Assembly (NCBI GenBank): GCA_041548245.1
Contig: JBFESZ010000048.1
Span: forward strand, 1 to 14,332
DNA: 14,332 bases
Reading direction: 5' to 3'
DNA from: Sulfurimonadaceae bacterium
Lineage (GTDB): Bacteria > Campylobacterota > Campylobacteria > Campylobacterales > Sulfurimonadaceae
Of this stretch, positions 1-7,986 are shown piece by piece. The position numbers were made by a program, and so were the translations under genes. The notes below the pieces were generated by a model. It was not told where the DNA came from. It did not search any database and saw nothing but the letters and a program-made list of their open reading frames with translations. The number at the start of each line of letters is the position of its first letter. The stretch's first letter is position 1.

Positions 1-792
1 GGCGGTGTCAAAATCGCAGCAGCATTTGGTGACGAGAATGCAGTATGTATTGTAAAACACGGTAACCCTTGTGGATTCGCTATCAGAGACAATCTGGTTG
101 AAGCATATGAAGAGGCTCTTAAATGTGATCCTGTCTCTGCCTTTGGCGGTGTGGTCTGTGTAAACGGTGTCGTTGATGCTGATCTTGCTGAGAAGATGAA
201 TGAGATATTCCTGGAAGTGGTCATCGCCGGTCGTATTACTGAAGAAGCTCAAGCGGTATTCGAGAAGAAAAAACGTCTTAAACTGTTTGAATACGGCGCG
301 GACAGAATCGTATTGTCACATGATCAGTATGATTTTAAACATGTTGATGGCGGGTTCGTTTTCCAGGATGCTGACAAAGTAAAAGAGGATGAAGTAAGAA
401 ACTCTAAACTTGTATCTGAAAGAACGGCAAGCGAACAAGAGCTAAAAGATGCTGAGATCGCTTGGAAAGTGGCTTCACTGGTCAAATCAAACTGTGTTGT
501 TTATGTGAAAAACTCTGCCATGGTAGCTGTAGGTATGGGTATGACATCACGTGTCGATGCAAGCCAGTGTGCATTGAAGAAAGCCAAAGCGATGAACCTT
601 GACGTAACGGGGGCAGCATTGGCTTCTGAGGCTTTCTTCCCATTCAGAGACTCTATTGACGCCGCAGCGGAAGCGGGTGTTAAAACGGTTATCCAACCGG
701 GTGGATCGATCAGGGATGATGAGGTTATCGAAGCGGCCAACGAACATGGGATGGCACTGTACTTCTCTGGAATTCGTCATTTCCTTCATTAG
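1..792 (+). CDS. purH: Bifunctional AICAR transformylase/IMP cyclohydrolase PurH, C-terminal part (5' truncated by the window)
   Basis: Frame 1 is open from base 1 ([25 protein letters not shown]...). Contains the KHx[31 protein letters not shown] and terminal RHFLH motifs of PurH. Stop TAG at 790-792. Confidence 0.97.
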   Translation, partial: GGVKIAAAFGDENAVCIVKHGNPCGFAIRDNLVEAYEEALKCDPVSAFGGVVCVNGVVDADLAEKMNEIFLEVVIAGRITEEAQAVFEKKKRLKLFEYGADRIVLSHDQYDFKHVDGGFVFQDADKVKEDEVRNSKLVSERTASEQELKDAEIAWKVASLVKSNCVVYVKNSAMVAVGMGMTSRVDASQCALKKAKAMNLDVTGAALASEAFFPFRDSIDAAAEAGVKTVIQPGGSIRDDEVIEAANEHGMALYFSGIRHFLH

Positions 793-872
793 ACAGATGA
801 AGGAGACACACTTATCTTTTTGTTTTTAAAAAGATAAGATCATGTGTAATCCCTCTGTTACTTCTTCTCTTT
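793..872 (+). terminator. Stem-loop downstream of purH, probable terminator
   Basis: Perfect 11-bp inverted repeat CTTATCTTTTT (811-821) / AAAAAGATAAG (828-838). Extendable by ACACA/TGTGT (806-810/843-847) and ACAGA/TCTGT (793-797/854-858). Followed by a pyrimidine-rich tail. Confidence 0.55.
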
Positions 873-969
873 AAACTTTCAGTTTTTATATCGCCTTAGT
901 CGATAGTGTGTGTTGGGTATTGGTTTACTAAATAAGCGCATAATGGTAATGACAAAAGAAAGGATAGTG

Positions 970-1221
970 ATGAAGTTTATATTGATGGTTTTAGTCTTAC
1001 TTTCTGCTTTGCTTCAAGCAAGTGACCTTTCTTATAGTGAAGAAGAGAGTGCGTTTGAGGCACTGTTCAACAAAAAAGAGACTCAGCTTGTTAAAGATAT
1101 TTATGTAAATATTAATCTGTTTACGGCATTAACCCTTGTGGATAATAGATTGATGCAAGAGTATTTTAGCCATAAAGAGAATCAAGAACAGCCTATCCTA
1201 ACACTCTCCTACAGATTTTAA
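970..1221 (+). CDS. Small exported hypothetical protein (83 aa) with Sec signal peptide and C-terminal LxYxF
   Basis: AAGGA Shine-Dalgarno just upstream of ATG 970. MKFILMVLVLLSALLQA looks like a signal peptide ending L-Q-A. Ends ...PILTLSYRF. The upstream start at 910 in the ORF track lacks an RBS. Confidence 0.7.
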   Translation: MKFILMVLVLLSALLQASDLSYSEEESAFEALFNKKETQLVKDIYVNINLFTALTLVDNRLMQEYFSHKENQEQPILTLSYRF

Positions 1222-1330
1222 ATATATATTCCACCCCTTTTACAGAGCTTTTAACACATAATCATCTGTCGTTAATTATCTTTGGTCTTTACAAATGAGA
1301 ATGGATTGATTCTTCGGTTTTAAATCAAAC

Positions 1331-1351
1331 CTTGATTGACAGTGACTCAAC
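1331..1351. promoter_or_regulatory. HAIR (HspR-associated inverted repeat) operator
   Basis: CTTGATT-N7-ACTCAAC matches the HAIR consensus CTTGAGT-N7-ACTCAAG at 12/14 positions and lies directly upstream of cbpA-hspR. Confidence 0.85.
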
Positions 1352-1365
1352 TATTATGATAAAAT
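1332..1365 (+). promoter_or_regulatory. Housekeeping sigma70-type promoter of cbpA-hspR
   Basis: TTGACA (1336-1341) with extended -10 TGaTAAAAT (1357-1365). An alternative register is TTGATT (1332-1337)-N17-TATGAT (1355-1360). Both overlap the HAIR. Confidence 0.65.
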
Positions 1366-1403
1366 AAGTATAAAAATAATTTAAAGAATTTTAAGGTCAT
1401 AAA

Positions 1404-2288
1404 ATGAGTAAGAGTTTATACGATACCTTAGAGGTCTCATCGTCTGCTAGTGATGCCGAGATCAAAAAAGCCTATCGAAAATTAGCAAGACAATACCATC
1501 CTGACGTGAATAAAGAGCCTGGTGCGGAAGAGAAGTTTAAAGAGATCAATGCAGCTTATGAGATTTTAAGTGACAAGAGCAAACGATCGCAATATGACAC
1601 CTACGGAGATTCCATGTTTGGTGGCCAAAACTTCCATGACTTTGCAAGCAGACAAGGTGGCGGAGCTGATCTTGACGAGATTCTTCGTAGTATGTTTGGC
1701 GGTGGTTTCGGCGGAGCAGGCGGATTCGGTGGCGGATTCGGAGCTGGTTTTGGCGGAGCTGGCGGTTTTGGCCAACAGAGTATGAACCTTGATATTGAAA
1801 GTAATATTACTATTCCTTTTTCAGTTGCTGTTTTAGGTGGCAAGCACTCAGTCTCTATGCAGGGAGAGAGTTTTGATATCAAGATACCAGCAGGTATAAA
1901 AAGCGGCGAAAAGCTTCGTGTCCGTGGTAAGGGAAAAAGTATGGGAAGCCAAAAAGGTGACCTTTATCTTGTGATCTCTATAGCCCCTAGTATTGATTAT
2001 GAGCGAGAAGGTAATGATCTGATAAAAGTTTTTGACGTTCCTTTAAGGTCAGCTTTGTTTGGAGGAAAGGTAAGTGTTGAAACGCTTGAAAAAGAGATAA
2101 CGCTTAAAGTGCCTCAAAATACGAAGAACGGTCAAAGCTTTCGTGTTAAAGAGATGGGGGTTATGGACCGTAAGACAAACCTGCGCGGGAACCTGTATTT
2201 AAAAGCCAACATTGTCTTGCCATCTGTAGATGATTTGGATGAAGAGCTGATTAAGGTACTTCAAGAAAAACTACCTGAGAATGTATAA
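1404..2288 (+). CDS. cbpA: DnaJ-class co-chaperone CbpA (J domain, G/F-rich linker, C-terminal domain, no zinc finger)
   Basis: J-domain YDTLEVS...[17 protein letters not shown]-rich repeat, IPAG...GDLY C-terminal domain, no CxxCxGxG repeats. Lies immediately upstream of hspR as in Campylobacter/Helicobacter. Confidence 0.92.
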   Translation: MSKSLYDTLEVSSSASDAEIKKAYRKLARQYHPDVNKEPGAEEKFKEINAAYEILSDKSKRSQYDTYGDSMFGGQNFHDFASRQGGGADLDEILRSMFGGGFGGAGGFGGGFGAGFGGAGGFGQQSMNLDIESNITIPFSVAVLGGKHSVSMQGESFDIKIPAGIKSGEKLRVRGKGKSMGSQKGDLYLVISIAPSIDYEREGNDLIKVFDVPLRSALFGGKVSVETLEKEITLKVPQNTKNGQSFRVKEMGVMDRKTNLRGNLYLKANIVLPSVDDLDEELIKVLQEKLPENV

Positions 2289-2298
2289 GGAGTCAATA

Positions 2299-2676
2299 AT
2301 GCACCATTATGATGAACCGGTATATCTTATCAGCATAGTTGCTAAGATTTTAGATATTCACCCACAGACGCTGCGCCAATACGAAAGAGAGAATCTAATC
2401 ACGCCTTCGCGTTCGGGAGGGAGAATCCGTCTATACTCACAACGTGATATTGACCGTATTAAGATGATCTTGCGTTTGACGCGTGAGCTAGGTGTTAATC
2501 TAGCAGGTGTAGATATCATTTTACGTTTGAAAGATCATATAGAAACTCTTGAGCAGGATGTTAATGACTTGACGCACGAATTAAGCAAGGCGAAACAGAC
2601 CGGTTCAGTACCGGCAAATAAAACCCTTGTAACTAAAAAAAGTGTTTATGAATTGGTCATTTTCAAAGAGAAGTAA
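2299..2676 (+). CDS. hspR: Heat-shock transcriptional repressor HspR (MerR family)
   Basis: AAGGAG at 2287-2292 then ATG 2299. Contains [36 protein letters not shown] and LGVNLAGV, typical of HspR. Confidence 0.95.
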   Translation: MHHYDEPVYLISIVAKILDIHPQTLRQYERENLITPSRSGGRIRLYSQRDIDRIKMILRLTRELGVNLAGVDIILRLKDHIETLEQDVNDLTHELSKAKQTGSVPANKTLVTKKSVYELVIFKEK

Positions 2677-2701
2677 GATGAAGAGAAGAGCTTAAAGGTT
2701 T

Positions 2702-3964
2702 TTACTCTTTAAGTCGTTGGATTTTTGCTCCTAATTTCTGCAGTTTTTTCTCCAGCCCTACATAACCACGATCAAGATGATAGATCCGGTGGACATTCGT
2801 TGTCCCTTGCGCAACCAATGCCGCAAGTACAAGTGCCGATGAAGCACGTAAGTCTGTCGCCATAACATCAGCACCGACAAGATTGACTTTGCCTGAAACG
2901 GTAGCAGAGTTACCTTTGAGTTTAATATCTGCACCCAGACGCTGTAATTCACTTACATGCATAAAACGGTTCTCAAAGAGTCTCTCTTCTACAAGACTGA
3001 CTCCTTCTGCCTGAGTACACAAAGCAAGAAACTGCGCTTGCATGTCTGTTGGAAAAGCTGGATACTCTTGTGTGATGATATCGATGGCCTTGATCTTTTT
3101 AGCCGGGATCAGGGTCATGGTGTTTTCTGTGGTCTCGATACCAAAACCCATCTGTTCTAATTTGGATATCACAGATTCCAAATGATCAGGACGGACCTTA
3201 GTAAGTGTGACCTTTGAATTTGTAATGGCAGCGGCACAAAGATATGTACCTGCCTCAATACGATCCGAAATAACATCAAAAGGCTCTATATTTACAAGTC
3301 GACGGTCTGTCCCGTAAATCGTAAGCTCGGAAGTCCCGATACCGTCAATGCTTACGCCGCTGTTTTTAAGAACTTCACATAACTGCACCACTTCAGGCTC
3401 AAGAGCAGCATTGGTGATGATCGTTTTTCCTTTGGCAAGGGCAGCAGCCATAACGATATTCGCTGTACCGGTAACAGTAATCTTGTCAAAAACAATGTGT
3501 GCACCTCTTAAACCATCTTCTGCTTTTGCGTGGACATAACCTGCTTCAATAGTGATCTCCGCACCCATTTGTTCCAATGCTTTCAAATGCAAATCAATCG
3601 GACGTTGTCCAATGGCACATCCACCCGGAAGGGATACTTCACAGTGTCCAAAACGTGCAAGAAGAGGACCCAACACAAGAATAGAAGCTCGCATTGTTTT
3701 GACAATATCATATGTCGCTTTGGTATTGGTTAGGCAACAGGTGTCTATTTTGACACTGCTGTTTTGAATATCAACTGTCGCTCCCAGGTTTTCCAAAAGT
3801 TTGATTAGAGTATTGATATCGACTACATTTGGAATATTATTGATAGTGACCTCGTTATTCGCCAAGAGTGTCATAGCGATGAGCGGAAGAGCCGCATTTT
3901 TTGCCCCTGCGATCTCGACAGTGCCACTCAGTTTTGTCGGTCCCTCAATCTGTAAATAATCCAT
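2702..3964 (-). CDS. murA: UDP-N-acetylglucosamine 1-carboxyvinyltransferase
   Basis: [27 protein letters not shown] (active-site Cys retained), DRIEAGT, FPTDMQ, ATDLRAS, HLDRGY motifs. Start moved to ATG 3964 (MDYLQI), which is preceded by GAGGA. Confidence 0.98.
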   Translation of the reverse strand: MDYLQIEGPTKLSGTVEIAGAKNAALPLIAMTLLANNEVTINNIPNVVDINTLIKLLENLGATVDIQNSSVKIDTCCLTNTKATYDIVKTMRASILVLGPLLARFGHCEVSLPGGCAIGQRPIDLHLKALEQMGAEITIEAGYVHAKAEDGLRGAHIVFDKITVTGTANIVMAAALAKGKTIITNAALEPEVVQLCEVLKNSGVSIDGIGTSELTIYGTDRRLVNIEPFDVISDRIEAGTYLCAAAITNSKVTLTKVRPDHLESVISKLEQMGFGIETTENTMTLIPAKKIKAIDIITQEYPAFPTDMQAQFLALCTQAEGVSLVEERLFENRFMHVSELQRLGADIKLKGNSATVSGKVNLVGADVMATDLRASSALVLAALVAQGTTNVHRIYHLDRGYVGLEKKLQKLGAKIQRLKE

Positions 3965-3992
3965 AAATTTCCTCAGTATAAATATGAGCGTC

Positions 3993-3998
3993 ATTATA
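3993..3998 (-). promoter_or_regulatory. -10 box (TATAAT) for murA
   Basis: ATTATA on + reads TATAAT on -, about 30 nt upstream of the murA ATG. Confidence 0.5.
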
Positions 3999-4196
3999 GT
4001 GTAGAGAAGTTAAAATATAGTAAAAAATAGCATGGCATCTCTATAATAGAAATTTATACGATATGTGTTGTTACAATTATAAAGGTATGATCTTCTGTGA
4101 TGTTAAACATGGGGTTTAGACTCATTCTTGTATTGATGTGTTTTTATAGTACAGAAGCCGTGAGATTTTTTATACCTCCTCTCCTCGGATATCAAG

Positions 4197-4212
4197 TGGC
4201 ATAGATTATGCT
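4197..4212 (+). promoter_or_regulatory. Candidate sigma54 (-24/-12) promoter of the 4246-6869 operon
   Basis: TGGCATAGATTATGCT has GG (4198-4199)-N10-GC (4210-4211), matching TGGCAC-N5-TTGC closely, and ends 33 nt before ATG 4246. Confidence 0.6.
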
Positions 4213-4245
4213 TGATATGTAAAAATATGAAGTTGAGGCAGATGT

Positions 4246-4680
4246 ATGAGCAGTGCACTAGACAGACTCAAAGTATTAACAAGTAAAATCTCAAGTTTTG
4301 AGACGGCCAGAAAAGAGAATATGCAAACACTTAAGGACCTTTATTCACGTTTGAGGATTGATGAAAAGATTCCAAACTTTGAAGAACTTTTTGATTATAA
4401 AGCCATGAATGTCACAGGGCTCTCCTTACAGTCAGAAGACCTCGGAAAGATCAAAGAAAACCGTTATGTCCAAATTATCTGTATCTCCTATGACAAAGAG
4501 GCAAAGTCGAAAAAGTCCAAAAATACGTCTTTGGGTTATTTTGGGCGTTCTGATGTGATAGATGAGGGCTTGAAAAAGGCTATTGTAGAGTTTATTTTGT
4601 GTTGGAGGTTTGAAAAAAGTTTTATGACTTTGGAACATTATCATGATATGATCGCTCAGGTACATGATGGCGCAGCTTAA
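4246..4680 (+). CDS. Hypothetical soluble protein (144 aa)
   Basis: GAGG RBS before the ATG, plausible composition, and overlap with the next gene. No family recognised. Confidence 0.8.
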   Translation: MSSALDRLKVLTSKISSFETARKENMQTLKDLYSRLRIDEKIPNFEELFDYKAMNVTGLSLQSEDLGKIKENRYVQIICISYDKEAKSKKSKNTSLGYFGRSDVIDEGLKKAIVEFILCWRFEKSFMTLEHYHDMIAQVHDGAA

Positions 4681-5212
4681 GTCCTTTTATCTTGAGCTTT
4701 ACCTTTTTTGGTTGACGTGGGTCACATCAAGAGGTGTTGTGCTTGCCTTGCTTCTGTCCCTTTTTAGTGCTATAACGGTTTATATGCTTAAGGGTTTTGC
4801 TCCGTTGAGTACGGCGACGTTTTTAGCCTTAAAAGAGATAGTATATGTGAGTTTTCCTATCGGTTTTAGTGTGAGCTTTATCCTTATGTTACTGCTTGTT
4901 TTTCGTGCTGTGTTTTTTCGTAATATTGCAGGTCGAACTTTAGAGTTATATGACTGCAAAGGGAAAAAGATAGCGTCACCTCAGTTGAGTGATGTCATGA
5001 ATCTATGGCGAAGATGGCTTTTTATAACGGTTTGGGTAATTCTTCTGTTTTTTGTGCTATTTATCGGAATGTCAAAGCTTTTTTTTGGAAATTTTCCTCC
5101 ACTTTCTTGGTTTAATGCATATACACTTTATCTCTTGGTTGCTACCTTTGGTGGAGGCGTTTTTGTTTTTGCTCTTAGGCAGTGTAAAAAAGTTGGAGTC
5201 AGGGATGTCTAA
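4664..5212 (+). CDS. Hypothetical integral membrane protein (about 4 TM helices)
   Basis: Four long hydrophobic segments separated by a basic loop (LYDCKGKKI). Overlaps both neighbours. The start could be 4664 or 4667 (ATGATG). Confidence 0.8.
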   Translation: MMAQLKSFYLELYLFWLTWVTSRGVVLALLLSLFSAITVYMLKGFAPLSTATFLALKEIVYVSFPIGFSVSFILMLLLVFRAVFFRNIAGRTLELYDCKGKKIASPQLSDVMNLWRRWLFITVWVILLFFVLFIGMSKLFFGNFPPLSWFNAYTLYLLVATFGGGVFVFALRQCKKVGVRDV

Positions 5213-5927
5213 GTATCTCTTTATAGACCTTGAGACAACGGGGATTGAAATCAAAGACCGAATCTGTGAACTAGCTCTTATCATCAAGGATGAAAATGAT
5301 CATCAGCTCTCAAATGATTTATGTAAAAGTGCTAAAAAAATATCAATAGAGGCGATGTCTTTGCATCATATAACAAATGAGATGGTAGCAGACAGGCCCT
5401 CATGCGAGAATAGCAGGAGCTATCAGATATTGCAAGAACACAATGAATCAGAGAATATCTTGATAGGACATAACATTAACTTTGATCTTAGGATGTTGCA
5501 GAAGGAGGGATTTCATTGTGAGATGCAATGTATTGATACCTTGCGTTGTGTAAAAGCACTTATACCAGAATGTGAAAAATTCAATCTTCAGTTTTTGCGC
5601 TATGAACTTGGTTTATATAAGGAAGAAAAGACTTTGGCACAGGAACTTGGCATTACACTTGAGGCCCATCGTGCCTTGAGCGATACTTTGCATCTTATGC
5701 TTTTATGGAAGACTCTGCTTCAATATGCTACAGTTTCGCAACTTATAGATCTAAGTGCAAAACCTGTTTTGTTATCAAAGTTACCCTTTGGAAAATACAG
5801 CGGCCGCTATATCGAAGAGATAGCGGATTTGGATAGAGGATATTTGTATTGGATGTTGGAAAACATTGAAGATATGGATGAAGATTTGAAATATAGTATA
5901 AGACATCATATAAAGGAGCTTGGATGA
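5205..5927 (+). CDS. DEDDh 3'-5' exonuclease, exodeoxyribonuclease X-like, with C-terminal PFGKY domain
   Basis: ExoI DLETTG, ExoII GHNINFD, ExoIII HRALSD, and C-terminal LPFGKYSG...YLYW. True start is ATG 5205 after GGAG; the 5052 extension overlaps the upstream gene. Confidence 0.9.
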   Translation: MSKYLFIDLETTGIEIKDRICELALIIKDENDHQLSNDLCKSAKKISIEAMSLHHITNEMVADRPSCENSRSYQILQEHNESENILIGHNINFDLRMLQKEGFHCEMQCIDTLRCVKALIPECEKFNLQFLRYELGLYKEEKTLAQELGITLEAHRALSDTLHLMLLWKTLLQYATVSQLIDLSAKPVLLSKLPFGKYSGRYIEEIADLDRGYLYWMLENIEDMDEDLKYSIRHHIKELG

Positions 5928-6298
5928 AGGTTGCTGTACAGTGTGAATCTGCCTTGTTGCAACGTAGTTTAGAACTGTTTTTAAATGGGCATCTAAGTTC
6001 ATTGAAGCAGTGTGATGTTGTCTTGCGTGACAGAAAAGTCATGGACTCGCATCATACTCTTTATATTTCAGATAAGGATGATGCAGATATCAAAAAACCA
6101 TTTTCTCGTTCACAGCTTTTTCTTGTCTTGGAAAGCTTTTATAATAAATTAGAAGATATAGAGAGTGTCCACGTGTATGATGAAGAAGTCAATAGCAGTC
6201 ATGAAAAAGATTTTATTCTTCTAGAAGCAAAGATTGATCAGTTGACACAAGAGTATAAACGAAACCTTTTAGATACGATCAAGGCTTTTTATGAGTAA
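5924..6298 (+). CDS. Hypothetical protein upstream of rsmD (positional equivalent of C. jejuni Cj1460), degenerate receiver-like N-terminus
   Basis: AAGGAG RBS and ATGA overlap with the exonuclease stop. Sits in the hyp-rsmD-flgIJMNK gene order known from Campylobacter. Contains a KPFS motif and a helical C-terminus. Confidence 0.8.
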   Translation: MKVAVQCESALLQRSLELFLNGHLSSLKQCDVVLRDRKVMDSHHTLYISDKDDADIKKPFSRSQLFLVLESFYNKLEDIESVHVYDEEVNSSHEKDFILLEAKIDQLTQEYKRNLLDTIKAFYE

Positions 6299-6869
6299 AT
6301 TTCACACAAGTATTGTTGCTGGAAAATATAAAGGCAAGAAGATCGCGCTTCCTTCCTTGGAGACAACGCGAAGCTCTAAAGGAGTGGTAAAAGAATCATT
6401 TTTCAATACCATTCAGTTTGATGTCATGGACTGTTATCTTGTCGAAATGTTTTCCGGGTCAGGGTCTATCGGTTTGGAAGCATTAAGCAGAGGAGCTGAA
6501 CATGTCTACTTTATGGAAAAGGATAAGGCAGCATTTCAGATATTAAGCAAAAATATCAAAAGTCTTGAAACTCAAGACGCAACAGCCATTTACGGGGATA
6601 GTTTTGAAAAGATAGAACAGGTGATTAAAGAGCTTTCCAGAGCAAAAAGGAAAGCTTTTTTCTATGTTGATCCTCCTTTTTCTTTTCGCGAAGGAATGGA
6701 GGAGATATATAACAAGACATTTAAGACCTTGGCTTCCATTCCTCTGGAATTAATTGAGATGATTACGATTGAACACATGACGGGTCTCGAACTTCCTGAT
6801 GCGATTGGTTCCCTTAAAATGAAAAAGTCAAAAAAGTTCGGAAAAACTTCACTCACACATTATAAATAG
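6291..6869 (+). CDS. rsmD: 16S rRNA m2G966 methyltransferase RsmD family
   Basis: IVAGKYKGKKI, TR....KESFFN, SAM-binding FSGSGSIGLEALSRGA, DPPF, IEH and KKFGKT motifs. Confidence 0.92.
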   Translation: MSKFHTSIVAGKYKGKKIALPSLETTRSSKGVVKESFFNTIQFDVMDCYLVEMFSGSGSIGLEALSRGAEHVYFMEKDKAAFQILSKNIKSLETQDATAIYGDSFEKIEQVIKELSRAKRKAFFYVDPPFSFREGMEEIYNKTFKTLASIPLELIEMITIEHMTGLELPDAIGSLKMKKSKKFGKTSLTHYK

Positions 6870-6892
6870 AACGGGTTCACATTTTCAGTATT

Positions 6893-6909
6893 TTGGTACA
6901 ACTCTTGCT
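6893..6909 (+). promoter_or_regulatory. Sigma54 (-24/-12) promoter of flgI operon
   Basis: TTGGTACAACTCTTGCT has GG (6895-6896)-N10-GC (6907-6908), 33 nt before the flgI ATG. Rod, ring and hook genes are RpoN-dependent in Campylobacterota. Confidence 0.85.
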
Positions 6910-6942
6910 TTGGTAATACAATTACTCAAGGCAGGGAAGTCT

Positions 6943-7986
6943 ATGAAAATTTTTCTTATAAGTTTAATCCTTTTTGTCTCTTTGCATGCTACTAAAGTTG
7001 CAGAGATCACCAATGTCGTTGGTGTCCGCGAAAATCAGTTGATTGGTTATTCACTGGTTGTAGGACTGAATAAAACAGGGGATGGAACGACTTCAGTCTT
7101 TACACTTCAGTCAATTGCCAATATGCTCAAAGCGATGAACATTGATATGAATCCGAATGACATCAAATCAAAAAATGTTGCAGCTGTTGTCGTTACGGCA
7201 AAGTTGTCCTCATTCTCTCGTCAGGGAGATACAATGGATGTGACAGTCTCGGCAATCGGTGACGCAAAGTCAATTGAAGGAGGAACACTCCTAATGACAC
7301 CTCTAAAAGGGGTCGATGGAAAGATCTACGCTCTGGCACAAGGTTCGCTTAGTATTGGCGGGAAAAATGAAAGGGGTGGAGGATCACTGAATCATGCGAC
7401 AGCGGGTATCGTATATGGTGGTGCAATTGTAGAGCGTGAAGTACCGATTGATATCTATCATAAGGATTATGTGACACTTAGTCTTAAGAACAGCAGTTTT
7501 ACCAATGCTGTAAACCTTCAAAATGCCATCAATAGTATCTACCATATGCAAGTGGCTGTTGCCCTTGACCCTAAATCGCTGAAACTCAAAAGACCAGAGA
7601 ACAGAAGTATGGTTGAATTCTTGGCAGAAGTACAGGAGCTTGATATTGACTATACGCCGCTGGAACGCATTGTTATCAATGAAAGAACAGGAACAATTGT
7701 TGCTGGTGTTGATATAAGGGTTTCGCCTATCGTAATTACGCATGGTGAAATAACGATTAAGATCGAAGAAGATGCACTTCCTGGAAAGGGTAATAATCTT
7801 GACCTGGATGAGAATATTGTCATTGGTCTGGAGGATAACCGCTTAATGGCAAAAAAAGGAAGTTCAACGGTTGCAAATATAGCACGCTCGCTACAAAAGC
7901 TGGGAGCAACACCAAAAGACATCATCTCAATTCTTGAGACTATGAAAAAAGCTGGAGCCATCCAAGCTGAACTGGAGATCATCTAA
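6943..7986 (+). CDS. flgI: Flagellar basal body P-ring protein
   Basis: Signal peptide from ATG 6943; GVRENQLIGYSLVVGLNKTGD, KNVAAVVVTA, GDAKSIEGGTLLMTPL, INERTGTIV and C-terminal AGAIQAELEII motifs. Confidence 0.97.
   Translation: MKIFLISLILFVSLHATKVAEITNVVGVRENQLIGYSLVVGLNKTGDGTTSVFTLQSIANMLKAMNIDMNPNDIKSKNVAAVVVTAKLSSFSRQGDTMDVTVSAIGDAKSIEGGTLLMTPLKGVDGKIYALAQGSLSIGGKNERGGGSLNHATAGIVYGGAIVEREVPIDIYHKDYVTLSLKNSSFTNAVNLQNAINSIYHMQVAVALDPKSLKLKRPENRSMVEFLAEVQELDIDYTPLERIVINERTGTIVAGVDIRVSPIVITHGEITIKIEEDALPGKGNNLDLDENIVIGLEDNRLMAKKGSSTVANIARSLQKLGATPKDIISILETMKKAGAIQAELEII

Noticed and set aside
878..906. Possible sigma28 promoter (TTCAGTTTTT...GTCGATAG) upstream of the 83-aa gene
   Set aside because: The -10 resembles the flgM site, but there is no TAAA at 15-nt spacing (best match TTCA at 17 nt). 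Too weak to call.
1698..1773. GGC/GGT-rich quasi-tandem repeat
   Set aside because: It encodes the normal G/F-rich linker of the DnaJ-family protein. The Pro-rich antisense ORF 1601-1882 is its shadow.
2691..2713. CTTAAAG/CTTTAAG inverted repeat between the convergent hspR and murA ends
   Set aside because: Only a 7-bp AT-rich stem with no U-tract. Too weak to call a terminator.
4109..4204. 31-codon + strand ORF (MGFRLILVLMCF...) in the murA divergent region
   Set aside because: No RBS, and it overlaps the candidate promoter. Short hydrophobic ORFs arise by chance in T-rich DNA.
5052..5204. N-terminal extension of the exonuclease in the ORF track (similarly 910, 2281, 3994 and 6910 starts)
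   Set aside because: Downstream ATGs have better RBSs and match family N-termini. The extensions overlap other genes or promoters.
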